A DNA stretch of 62,962 bases, counting the filler, from Sphacelaria rigidula (lineage: Eukaryota), in NCBI GenBank assembly GCA_964200075.2. It is 9 parts of 9 records of this genome, joined end to end, with 100 filler letters (N's around TTAATTAATTAA, not from the genome) between each part and the next. Parts side by side here need not be neighbours in the genome. Positions count along the whole stretch, not along the records: positions 7,009 to 13,915 come from CAXNAA020017473.1; positions 14,016 to 20,922 come from CAXNAA020017474.1; positions 21,023 to 27,929 come from CAXNAA020017475.1; 6 more parts are not named here. One strand, written 5' to 3'. The translations under genes were made by a program, and so were the position numbers. Under the pieces are notes generated by a model, which saw nothing but the letters and a program-made list of their open reading frames with translations, had not been told where the DNA came from and did no database searches. Positions 12,801 to 24,500 of this stretch are shown here, one piece after another (the first letter of the stretch is position 1; every line of letters begins with the position of its first letter).

Positions 12801-13753
12801 CTCTTGATGCCGACGTGACCAAGTCGACGATGCGAGAGGTTTGCGCCGGTGCTGACGTGCATAGCCACTCCAGGTTGCTGCTCCGCGTGGCTGCTCAGCT
12901 TCATGCAGAACGTGTAGAGGTCTTAATCATGGATCGATTTTTCCAGGGGAAGCACGACCGATGAAGTCTCCAGTCGGGGATGATGTTGATCGAAGATGGC
13001 GATGATGCCTTGCTTGGTCGCCACTTTCACGGAGAACAGATGACGCCCGAGTCCGGGGACGACGAAGCAAGAGAGGGCGACATGGTGCGCCTTCTCTTCT
13101 CTGTCGGTGACTGTACCATGAATTGTGGCAGTTGTAACTGCTTCGACTACATTATGTCCCCCTGTTACGATTTTGAACGGCCGTTCGAGGGCCGTGTACT
13201 CACTCGCCCGAGCTAAGACACCCGACTCGAGATTGGTGTCCAAGTAGTGACCGGTCGCGCCACTGTCCACCGGCCAGGTTACGGGATTGGTGTCGTTGGC
13301 TGTCCGGGCCGTTGGCACCGCCGCCATGAAAGCTGCTGCAGTACCTCCACCGAAGGCACCGAAGAGGTCAATCGTGTTTTCCCCAGCATGCTGTGGTGGG
13401 GTGGACGCGTCGAAGGAAAACACTGGAGGAGCCGACTCCGTCATCACAGGTTGCAGGGATCCTCCGACTGTTCCGGACGAATTGCTGTAAGCAGTCGTCG
13501 CCGCGGCAGGCGGCGGGATGAACGACCCGGGAATGCTTCCATTGGCGATGTTGGCGCTTCCATTCGTGGCTGATTTCTTTCGTTGTACTTTGCACTCGGC
13601 GTCGCTGTGTGTTATTGTTCTATGATACGAGCAACATTTTAATGCTTCGTTACCTCCGTTCTTCTTGCCTGCTTTTCAACGTCTCTGTGTCGGGTTACTC
13701 GGCCGTGTCCGACTTCGCTTGTTGTTCGGGCATTCACGTTGATAGTGCCCAAA
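9843..13753 (-). mobile_element. Ty1/copia upstream copy: gag end, protease, GAG-pre-integrase, integrase, RT, RNase H (several stops/frameshifts)
   Basis: DSGATGHY protease; HRRLGH..CDVCALSK pre-integrase; DFTGP..TPQQVGVSER integrase; QLDVQTAFL, LYGLRQSP, LYVDD RT; SDANW..STMEAE RNase H. Order PR-IN-RT-RH is diagnostic of copia. Confidence 0.96.
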
Positions 13754-13915
13754 CAACAACAAATTGTGCGGATTTAGGTTTAACTTTGAGATGAGGCTCA
13801 AGCCCACAACAGTGCTTTCCTCACACTTTCAGCGATGGTACCCAATAACAACAAATTGTGCGAATTGAGGTTTAACTTCGAGATAAGGCTCAAGCCCAAA
13901 ACAGTGCTTTCCCCA
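13754..13915. repeat. 92-bp tandem repeat (satellite-like), about 1.8 units, running into contig end
   Basis: ACAACAAATTGTGCG..GGTTTAACTT..GGCTCAAGCCCA..AACAGTGCTTTCC occurs twice, 92 bp apart. Confidence 0.85.
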
Positions 13916-14363
13916 NNNNNNNNNNNNNNNNNNNNNNNNNNNNNNNNNNNNNNNNNNNNTTAATTAATTAANNNNNNNNNNNNNNNNNNNNNNNNNNNNN
14001 NNNNNNNNNNNNNNNGTTGGCCTGGGAGTAAAAGAATTAGAGGAGACCCGGGCCCCGCCCGCCCGGGCGCGCGCCCAACGGTGGCACCCCCCCCCCCCCC
14101 CCCCCCAATCGGCCCCAAGTGGAGAAAAGTGAGTGCGGGTCCAGGGACATTTGTTTCACCCGCCCTTGTCGGATCGCCCAAATTCCCCAAAATTGTTTGT
14201 TCGCCTAGGACCCCAACATTTCGGTTATCGAAATCCAAACTTGTAGGGCGTGTAGCAGTTGTCAATAGCCACCAGTAGGCGAAGGAATTGAACCATATTT
14301 TGAAGATTTGGTGTGGTTACGAAGCTTTTAATCCTCTGGGTTCTCATCCTCAATGAAAAGCTT

Positions 14364-14568
14364 CAAGGGCAGGTCGAGTAGAGTATACTCAAATGCGGGG
14401 TATTTTGAAAGAGGTACTTGGGGTACTCAAATTAGGGTAGAGTGGTCGGAGTCGTACCCCAAAAATAACTGGAGAGCGATCCTTGAAACCCTACCCCCGA
14501 TTTATGTACTTGAAGTACGACTTTCAAAATACCCCGCAATTGAGTATACTCTACTTGACCTACCCTTG
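14364..14568. mobile_element. 205-bp MITE with ~50-bp TIRs and an 8-bp TSD (P- or hAT-type)
   Basis: CAAGGGCAGGTCGAGTAGAGTATACTCAA...TTGAGTATACTCTACTTGACCTACCCTTG, flanked on both sides by AAAAGCTT (14356-14363, 14569-14576). Confidence 0.92.
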
Positions 14569-14785
14569 AAAAGCTTCATCCTCAATTTCGATGATCGGCT
14601 GTTAATGCAACTACTAGAAGCCTAGACAACCCAGGCCGAGAAACCATCCCCTTCGAACTAAGGCAAGTGCAGTGCATTTTCATCGCTCAAGATCGCCGAT
14701 ACCACCGCCTGTAGCGGAAGTCGGTTACTTCAATGCTAAACGCGACATATGAACACGCAACTGCTTCTATCCGTATACACCGATC

Positions 14786-15142
14786 GCCCCGGTGGCTCCG
14801 TTGGTAGCTTCGACACCTTTTGACGGTTGGGTTGTGGGTTCGAATCTCGGTGCAGTCACACGATTTGGGATTTTTTCTCACACTACTGTATGCCCAACAG
14901 TGGAGAGCGACCATGTGGTGGGTACACAAAATTCCGACGAGCGAAAGGGATCACTGAACCCCTCTCGCGATAAAAAAGGTGAAGGCAAGCACCGCAGAAG
15001 GACGGTGGAGTACTAACTCGAAATGAAAAAGAAAACACTCCTGTGTTGGCCTTCCCACTGTGTGACCCCGGCTGATACGCCCACATATACCGAAAGGTGT
15101 AGACTGGCGTCCAGAATAAATGGGGATGAAAACACAACAACA
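14786..15142 (+). mobile_element. tRNA-derived SINE, apparently full length (~355 bp)
   Basis: Head GCCCCGGTGGCTCCGTTGGTAG..GGTTCGAATCTC, a body shared with the 27491 copy, and a CAA-rich tail. Confidence 0.82.
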
Positions 15143-15689
15143 CGTGCATATTTTCGTCATGTTGGCTGACGCTCTGTGCCAGCTATGTCAAGACCCAATC
15201 CTATCTTTCTCCATTTGTCGCCCGCCGTATTCAAACGCACCCTCAATCTCATCAACTTTCGACTACTCCAGTCTGCTTAAACATGGCTGTCTCAATACCA
15301 CCACCGACACATCGTTCGTGTTTTTCCACGACCCACCATGTTGACGCACCAACCTTTCCATTCGCCACCGCCCCTTCTATAAACACGTTTTCCCCTCGCC
15401 GTTGTGAATGTTCTGCTGCCCCCTACACACCCTTTCCCTCTGGATGCACGCATTGCAGACAAAACAACACACTACCGTACAAAACAGTACTCGTCGGAGT
15501 CGCACCTACATGTCCTGAAACCTTGCCACACACACAAGAAGAACGTGGCAAGCCCGTACAAGCACCATGACACAACAAGCGACATCAGACACACACGTGG
15601 ATAAGTAAGGATATACTTGTGTTTGTTCAACTACACGGAGTGACCATTCAGCACCTGCCTATGGAGTGCGATCGATCATCAAGCCCGGT

Positions 15690-16181
15690 CTAGTCGTATG
15701 GGTCGGTGTGGACAAGCTTCCCAGTCTCCCTGTTGATCCACACAATATTCCCCTCCGGATTCCAACACTCCTCCCACCTTGGCAGACCAGGGTACACCAC
15801 CTTACCCTTACTCTTACTTGGCTTCTCAACCTCCTCCTTCTCCTCGTCATCGCTGTCGTCGTCTACGTCCGATGGCGTCGGCGATACGCCTACAGGTACC
15901 CGCATCATCTGCTGTTGCCGCTGTTGCGGTGGGGCGGTCGGCGGGGACACTACCCACGCGGTGTTGGCCTGTGGCTGAGCCACCTGTGATTCGTTCACAT
16001 ACTGCGGAGGCGGGGGCGGGTGCATGATGTGGGTGGCCGTCGCTCCGGCAGCGTAGGTCCATCGGCCAGTGTTGTTGTTCAACCCGAGGTTGTGATGGGT
16101 CGCGGTGCGGATGGGGGGTAGTAGGGACCATTCAGTTGGGAGAGTTTCGATAGACATTGCAGTCGGACGGGAGCAGGCAAG
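15690..16181 (-). CDS. Terminal exon of a Pro/Gln/acidic protein ending in a WW-like domain
   Basis: C-terminal GLPRWEECWNPEGNIVWINRETGKLVHTDPYD* fits the WW pattern, with the second Trp replaced. The 5' exon boundary is uncertain. Confidence 0.6.
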   Translation of the reverse strand, partial: LACSRPTAMSIETLPTEWSLLPPIRTATHHNLGLNNNTGRWTYAAGATATHIMHPPPPPQYVNESQVAQPQANTAWVVSPPTAPPQQRQQQMMRVPVGVSPTPSDVDDDSDDEEKEEVEKPSKSKGKVVYPGLPRWEECWNPEGNIVWINRETGKLVHTDPYD

Positions 16182-16654
16182 CTACGGGGTTGATGCTGTA
16201 ATAGTAGTGGTAGTAGTAGTGGTTCTTCTTCTTCACCGTGGCCCCTATGTGTCGCTACACGGGTTTTTGTGACAGATTGGAACAATTCCGGCCGTATTGG
16301 GCCGATCCGCTGAATTCATCGTGGCGGATCTATCACAACATCCGGAGTATGTATGCGAAAGTATTCCGCGAATACGATGGCGGGTGCCTGACTGGCGTAG
16401 TATTGTTGTCATTAGTACTACGTAGTATACAGGAGCATCGTATCCAGTCTATCTATACATCAGTTTTCCCTCACCTGTTTAGTCTTCAAGATGCGACGCC
16501 CAGAATGTCCAACATTACACTACACAAGTGAACAGTAGCGAATTAGGGCATAGTGTGATCTTGCGAGCAAAACAAACTCAGTGCACCTTGCAGCGACGCT
16601 ATGGCGAGATGTCAAGCCAAACAAGACCCTATAAATGGCTTTGTGAGCACTCAC

Positions 16655-16763
16655 CAGAACACGCGTCCTTGCTGATCCCTGCACAGAGCCCACGGGCCCC
16701 CAGCTGCAGGCGGCGCGCTGACGACTGCTTGTTGTTCGTCAGTGACTACCAACGCCGGTGTGC
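16655..16763 (-). CDS. Internal exon with the N-terminal half of a second WW-like domain
   Basis: ctgcag|...|gtgagt boundaries; translates TPALVVTDEQQAVVSAPPAAGGPWALCRDQQGRVF. Confidence 0.5.
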
Positions 16764-17349
16764 CTGCAGTAACATGTAGGCCGACGGGAAGAACGGGTGT
16801 AGGGACGGCAAGGGTATGAGAGAAACGTTCCCACCGCGGGGGGTGCGTATGAAGACGTGTCGATCGCGGGAGGTGCTTTTCTCCACGTGGTCAAGTACAG
16901 TACAGAGCACAACATTGCAGCAGCACGGTACATCGCACGGTTGAGGATACAGTTCAGTCTCTGGGCGCATGGATGGGACCGAAAACAATGTATGCATACG
17001 CACCCAAGGAGCAGGACTATGAGCCCGCTGGCGTGACCCCAATAGCTCGGAAAGGGAAGTTTTGTGCATCAAGCGGGTGGCAGGAACAGTGGATCCTGTC
17101 ATCTCTCCAGCTACGACCTCATGAACGAAAACGGGGATTCCCTTCTGTACCTGTCGTAACAGGATCAGGGGCGCATGTACGAACCCGCAGCATCAGAACT
17201 CAATTGAAGTCTGTCGAAACCAAGCGGGACTCTTGTTTGCCACAGGTAGGCACCGAGTCTCAACCGCGACAAGACCATGGCGTCTGACCGAACGGAGTAC
17301 GCACACGTACTGCTGCACTGCTCAACTGTCGATATGCTCTACAGTTAGG

Positions 17350-17875
17350 CGAAGAACATGGGCAAATGGCATATTGGAGTCGAAAAAAGGAGTGGAAGAG
17401 TTCGAGAACACGTGGCGACGCGCGGACAAACGAGAATCAGACCGCCGTCACAAACGAGAGGCTGCTGCATCGAGGGCCACTACTCGAAGAATCCTGTCTG
17501 CTCATATCGGTTGTTAATTATGTCCTTAGTCGGTGGCTCTGCGGTGCCCACTGGTGTGTGTCTGTATCTACTCTGCTGCCCTGAGTCCCGTGGGCTTTTT
17601 CCTTCTTTCTTTTTTTACAACCCTTTCCTCTTCTTTTCCTTTTTTTCTTGTTTTAGGTCGGACATTCCTTTCTGTGCTTTGCTTTTGTTGACTTACATTT
17701 TTCTTTCTCCCACGTCCTAGTCTACTTTTGATATGTCGTTCTGTTCGACTTTTTCTGTTCCTTTTTTTTCCCCAGCGAGTTTTTCAGTTTTGTTCTTGTT
17801 GGGGACGTCTATTGTGTGATCACGGCTGGATCCCTGGGGGGTCAGTTAAAGTGCGACAATCAATCCAAATCAACA
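17350..17875 (+). mobile_element. 5'-truncated LINE (RTE-like): ORF2 C-terminal end, T-rich 3' UTR and (TCAA)n tail
   Basis: Frameshifted peptide AKNMGKWHIGVEK/GVEEFENTWRRADKRESDRRH. 3' core GATCACGGCTGGATCC..GTCAGTTAAAGTGCGACAATCAATC is also at 29338 (-) and 55371 (+). Confidence 0.65.
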
Positions 17876-17884
17876 AAAAATTTA

Positions 17885-18903
17885 CCTTCAGGTGCACGAA
17901 CCACAGTGGCTGCACCACGGTAACCCCACCTTGTGTGTTGTCTCCTCTCTTCTTCTGGTGCTGCAAGCTTTGGACCGGCTGTCGCTGCTCCATGTTGTTG
18001 CTGCTCAGGACCAACCACGCCCTGGATCGGGCAAAGTCAGGTAGTTCATCATGGTTGATGCTGACACACCTTGCCGTCTGCACGATATATTGCCGGGTAC
18101 GCTTGTGCTGGTGAGACTGGTGGTGTTCCGGGTGCTGTGGAATGAGGGTTGCCAAAAGTTGTGAGAGCATGGGCAGAGCTATCACACGGAAACAACCGAC
18201 TACGGCTGATAGATACCACGGAGGCGTTCCGAGTTGCGAATTTGGTGACAATTTTGCGGATCAATTCGACCTTTCCTATTCTGCCCGAAACCGCATTAAA
18301 AAGTTTCGTACTACAGAGAAAAACCGGAACTATTCACTATTCGTGTTAGCACTCCGCGTCCAGCGACTTGCGGAGTAACCTTCAAGTTTCGACGTCATGC
18401 GGAACGGTGCTGCTGGCTGACATATGTTAAGAAACCGGTCTCTTGACAACGTGTACGGTCTTCATTGGCCAGGGAAACACGAGTTCACTGTTTTTTGGGC
18501 AGAAAAGAAGGTCGAATTTTATCCGCAAAATTGTAAGCAGATCTACAACTCGGAACGCAGTCACAATTCCTCCGTGGTATCTATCAGCCGTAGTCGGTTG
18601 TTTCCATGTGATAGCTCCGCCCATGCTCTCACAACGTTTGAGAATCTTAATCTCGCACCAGCCGAATCATACCCAGCCTCGTCAACACAAACTTACCCGG
18701 AGATACAGCCAGTAGACGGCAAGGTGCGTCAGCATCAGTCATGGTTAACTACTTGACTTTGCCCTTCCAGAGCGTCGTCCTGAACAGCAACGGCACGGAG
18801 CAGCGGCAGTCGGTCCAAAGCTTGCAGCACCAAAAAACAAATGTGGACAACACACAAGGTGAGGTTACTGTGTTGTGGCCACTCTGGTGCGTGGCCCCGA
18901 ATG
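17885..18903. mobile_element. Fold-back element / large MITE with ~410-bp inverted arms, flanked by TA
   Basis: 17885-18295 is the diverged reverse complement of 18490-18903, e.g. GGAAACAACCGACTACGGCTGATAGATACCACGGAGG / CCTCCGTGGTATCTATCAGCCGTAGTCGGTTGTTTCC. Confidence 0.85.
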
Positions 18904-20268
18904 TAGCTAAATCAGGGTATCCGCACTTGAGCAGTGCAAGCAGTACGTGCGTGTACTCCGTTCGTTCAGACGCCGTGGTCCTGTCGCCGTCGAGAGTCGA
19001 AGCGTGCCTTGGGCAAACCAGAGTCCTGCTTGGTCTCATGAGACTTAAGATTGGTTTTTGATTCTAAGTGCTTCTACGGGTAGGGATGCGCTCCGTTAGC
19101 AAGATCTTGTCTGAGGTATTTTTCACAGTGTGTTATCCAAACGATGACGAAAGTTCCATGAACTGTGGTGTTTGCCTGTCAGAGAGTTGCATCACGCTCA
19201 GCCCGACTTGAATTTCGTGTGTAACAAGGTGTTATCATTCTCCATGAATGTCTACATCCAGCACATCATCGGAATGTTTTGATCACATGTTGTCTCGTCC
19301 CGAAGCCGATATACCGTCCTGCACGACAACCTACTGCCATACCGAAATCCGTATCTGCACAAGCCGCAAGTACGGCGAATGGTTAGTCCCACTATAATCG
19401 ACACTGTTTTTTTCGGAGATTTCCGAAATTATCGAGACTGGCAAGGCACCCGATGATTCTCGAATGCTCGCGAACGCCATGGCGTATTAACAGGGCAGCT
19501 CTCCGAAGGGCTGCGCTACAGTCCGATTTTTTCGGCCTTCTTCAAGAACGAAGCTTCGGAGAAAAAATAAGCCGCTTCATTCTCGGAGAAGTCTGAACGC
19601 CGAGTCCGAAAAATCTGAAATTTCTAAGAGATCTCTGAAAAAAGCGTGTCGATAACAATGGACCTTTGGACCACAAGGCGCCGCATCAGCGTCTCGACGA
19701 TGGGGGCAGTTCACTTTAGGGTGTAGGCGTACACCAGTGTTCAGAAAGCCAACCCCCCTTGAGCGGAGGTAAACATGTCCAGGTGCGACGGGGTCGTCGC
19801 TGACGTATTTCGCGACCTGTTCCGGCAGCCGCCTGGCCACCTTCTTCAGCTCGCAGGGCATCACATCGTCCGTCCCAAATATCCTACCCTCCTATCCAGA
19901 TCCTGGCACTCATAAAGCGGCTCTGGCTCCGTGGGAGAGAATCTAAAGGTGCGACAATGTGTCCAACACAATATCAGCGATATAAATGCGGTTGACGGTT
20001 TGGGGAAATTCGACGTGTTTTGAGGCCGCTCACTTACTATTATAATCCCTCCACATTTTCCTCGTTTCGGAAGCCGTTTGAAGTATTCTTTCGTGGGCGA
20101 ATTGCCACGGAATGAATTGTGTTGATCATGTTCCGAACAGCACCCTGAAATATATCTCGTGTCCAGATGAATCGACCGCCAATCAATTGACCTGCAGCTG
20201 ATGTCTACCTCTCCGTGTGACTGTGCGATAGTTCTCCCGCCAGCCGGGCGTCCACAATCAGGTACGTT

Positions 20269-20729
20269 CAGCTTCTCCGACCCTTCGACTATACAGGTAT
20301 GATATGTTTGTATCGTATACCCCCCTCGCCGCATTCGTGCTTTATGCTCATGACCCAGTCCTTGTTTCCATCACTCCGGGGGGGGAACGGCGGGAACGAC
20401 AACACCAGATGCAAGATGAACCTCAAGGGAAAAACAAACGGATTTCGTCGAGCACACTCGTTTGGGGTGTCGGCAAGGGCACAGAGCAAGCAGCACAGCT
20501 CCTCGCTGTTCTGTGCCCCTTGCCGACAACCCAAATATGTGTGACTAAGACAAGTTTGTTCCTCCCCTTGAGATCAATGGTCTTATGACTATGGCATGCA
20601 TGATCATGAGTACACCCTTGAGGTTCATGATGAAAACAAGAACCGGGTCATGAGCAAAAAACATAAGTGAGGCGAGGGGGGGGTACACGATACAAACATA
20701 CTTGTATAGTCGAAAGGTCGGAGAACCTG
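20269..20729. mobile_element. MITE with ~105-bp imperfect TIRs
   Basis: CAGCTTCTCCGACCCTTCGACTATACA... versus ...TGTATAGTCGAAAGGTCGGAGAACCTG; no TSD recognised. Confidence 0.75.
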
Positions 20730-21537
20730 GAGGACACCTGGAGGACGGAACTCGTTCAGCCGGGGCTGTCAACAGCCTGAGAACATTTGCGATCAAGCTG
20801 GCCCGGGAGAGTATTTCAAGGGTCGGACGAATAATGATTCGTCTGGAAATTACTTGGTTTCAGTATAATTGATTCGACTCGTAAGAATCAATCCCTAGGC
20901 TTCGTTTCCAGCGTTGCAACCCNNNNNNNNNNNNNNNNNNNNNNNNNNNNNNNNNNNNNNNNNNNNTTAATTAATTAANNNNNNNNNNNNNNNNNNNNNN
21001 NNNNNNNNNNNNNNNNNNNNNNCAACAACGGCCGAAACACCCGAACCACCCGCACTGCGTCTCGGGTCCCCCAAATCGCCGGGAGCAGGGTTTGCCCCCC
21101 CCCCCCCCCCCCTCGCGCGCGCAAGCAAAGTCGATGAGCTATCTTGGCACGCTCGACCCCCAGTCATCTTTAACAAACGCCATCGGCGAGCTCGAACGTG
21201 GTAGTGCGTTACATCTCGAGTGTCTGGGAATCAAGCGTATCGTGTCTCTCAGCAGGGGGAGGAGGTGGACGTACTGACAAGACAAAGTCTAGGTGGTCCT
21301 CGCAGCCGTTGCGGCGTTTCCTTTCACCATCTTTCCCACGTCGCATCCGTCGCGCACAGTATTTCATGTCTTGTATTGACACATGCTACCCGATACGAAT
21401 ACCAAACTGACACTGTCCCGATCTGGACAGTTTATGGCAAAACCCACATCACCGCAGGTCCAGCCCTAACGTAGCACACGATCACTAAAGCTAAAAGTCT
21501 ATGCTTTAAACGTCTCCTCCTCTATAACATCGAACCC

Positions 21538-24500
21538 CTAATGGCTCTTCCGTCGACCCTTAATAGCCTGCGTAATCTTGGCTATGGAATACGAGGCTGA
21601 CTTGACAAATCCGGCCGTAAGCACCCCTTTCGCACCCTGTCGTAGGCTCGACCTCGACACTACCGCTGCCAAAGCGCGCGCCATTCCTTCAGCAGTGGGA
21701 ACTCCTGTATGTGCAGGGAAAGGGTAAAAGGGCGCCGACGAGATTGGTTCTCTACATTCATGCGAATGGAACGACATGCCTGCTGCGTGCCAACGCTGCA
21801 GTGTGTCCTCTTCTTAGCGGGGGCAAACCACAGGCCGCAACTCCTGGCAAGTCCGTGCAATCAGAAATACAGGACCGATATCGCAGTATCTGGCGGTGCG
21901 ATGACACTTCGCTAGGTTGAATCGATGACAAGCAGCAGAGAAGTCTTACCGGCTGGAAGATGCCCGCGTACTGTTCTCGGTAGTGCCTTCACTAGGGCTG
22001 CTCGAGCACCTGGAGAGGTGTCCTGTCCGTACTTGGAGCTGTCGTGGGCCATCGCCGTTAGTCCGGGGATAGACTGCGCGGGACAAGGAGTGAGGTAGAG
22101 TTGAGGTAACAGCCAGGATGAGAGTAGTGACAACCATCTCGACGAAAAACGTGTTTCACTTCGGCCTCCTTGGGGCAGAGACCCAATCTCAACGCCGATA
22201 GGTACAGCTCTCTTGATACCCCAAGAAAATACAACGACGATTCGAGGGCAACAACGAACCACAAAAATGGATTCAGCTACATCAATAGGAAGCACCGTAC
22301 CTCGATCGCAGGGGCGTACAACTCTTGAAATGTTCCGAGGGTGTTGGAGACGATGTTGTTGACCTTTTGCGGGTTTTCTCCGAAGTACATCCGAAAATCG
22401 CCTGAATGATACCGCATAAGTAGAAACGTGTGCACCGCGGTCGACTGGCGCTGTCAGAATGCGGCAATGTTGAAGTTAACGCAGTAGCAATTACCAGCGT
22501 ACCGTTCTCCGGTACTTGCGGCCGGATGGAATTCACCGAGACAAGCGAGCAAAACAAACGTTTGGGTAAGAACAGATCAGGTCTCCAGTCGGGTGTCCTC
22601 AAAACCGTAGGATCTTGGTTACGCCGTCGAGTGTGGAGATGAAGTACATGTGTGTGATGTGAACGGTGTACTCGTATAGAGTTCTAGTATCAACAGTCCA
22701 AAATGAAGTGGATACACGTGGTCTCAAGCGAGCCACTCGAAGGGTAGGGCAAGCGAGCTCCACCACACCCTTAGTGTGTTGGTGCCATTTCCCAGAGCCT
22801 GTAGTGAACGCGTACAAACCCCCACACGTACACGGAAGCGAAATATGACCATGGGCTTGGCCGCGAGATACCTATGTACGAAAGTCCCGCTATCGCAGCG
22901 TACAGCTCTTGGCGCGTGAAGGTCTCCGGTAGCAACAGCAACGCCGCCTTGAGTGCCGACACCAAGTTTTCCGCCACCATTGGCGCAGCCTGGGAACTTT
23001 CCTGGATAACGCGCACCGGTTTATGTAATCTGCGGCGGCGGGGGGGGGGGGTATGGACACGCACACATACAGCCGAAGGTTTGGACTTGTTGTAGTCATG
23101 CAACAACTTCTGCGGTACAATATGACATTCGCCCGCTGAGCAGTATGCCTCTGACTTCGTCGATGATGGCCTTGCAGAGCGCGCTTGAGCACCTCTTTGC
23201 CAAAATCCCACGCTCTGAAACTAGGAGCACGTGTTAACTCTTGCCCAATGGTATGGAAACTGCACATACTGGGGTGCACCGCGTCGCATGTGCGGGGAGC
23301 AAACCCCGTGCGACATAAGCGTCATAGGGCCCATGACAAGCAAAAACAGATGCAGATAGATGCAGGTCCAGGAGTCAGTTTTATCTTTACATTGCAAACA
23401 AAACTTCGTACATTTTTTTGTGGGAGTAGCTCTCCAGTCTCTTCTTTTGGTAATCAAACATCCACAGCGTTCTTTAGCACCGGGGGAAACACCACAAGAG
23501 CTAGCAACCCTTCATTATCATCTTGACCTCGACGAGTCAATCTCAGCCTTCACGACTCTATAGATAATAATCCAACTCGCGGCAGCACGATGGGACATGC
23601 GTGATATTGAGGTCACGAGGATAGAGGTACCCTCAGAAGGCAAGGGTTGAGGTATCAATCTAATCGCGAATATAGGGCGCACGAACACTCAATCCATTAC
23701 TTTCATGTCAAGAACAGCATAAAACTAACCAACGACATGCATGGACTTTTACGGCGTACGCTGTACTGTGCTCTGCTGTACTGACTGCATAGTACGATGC
23801 TCACAGAAAAAGCAACGCACGCTACCTTATGTACATGCACGAAGCCGAAAGACGCACAACAGCCGCCGTGATATACTGTAGTGCTTGGCAATTTGGCGGG
23901 CGCCATCGTGTTGGTCGCAGTCGACTGCTAATGCGTGCGCCTTGTGTGCTCCGCATGACAAGTGACAACAAACCGAAGGAGCAAATCACTCGTCCGTCAC
24001 GCCGCTTCTTTCTACGACAAAAAGCAATTCCCGGGGCTCTGACGTACGAGTATTAAAAGGTTGAAGTGTTGCATTTCGCCAGTTCACCCGACGCCATACC
24101 CGCTCCTAGAATTAGACACGTTCTATGTTCACCTCCCGGCGGCATACAACCAAGTCCAGTCTTCGAGGTCGGCGCGCAGGTGTTCCATGCTGACGACGCC
24201 GTACTTCATCGGTCGTCCATGGTGAGAGGTGGTGGGCATCGGCACAAGGGCATTGTAGTACATCTGCAAGAATATATATATGAGGTAGTCATGAGTGGAA
24301 AACGCCAGGCAAATTGTTTTTGGAACGCCAGGCACACTGTTATTGGGAATCGCTATTAAGGGGCAAGGGCCTTTTTTGTCGTAGTATGCAGCGATACGTG
24401 TGGCATGCGATATCGGATGCCGAAGCAGATATTCCAGGACTCGTCTATCAGTGTCTATACGGACGATGACATGTGCGAGGAGTTGGGCGGTTTTATCCGT

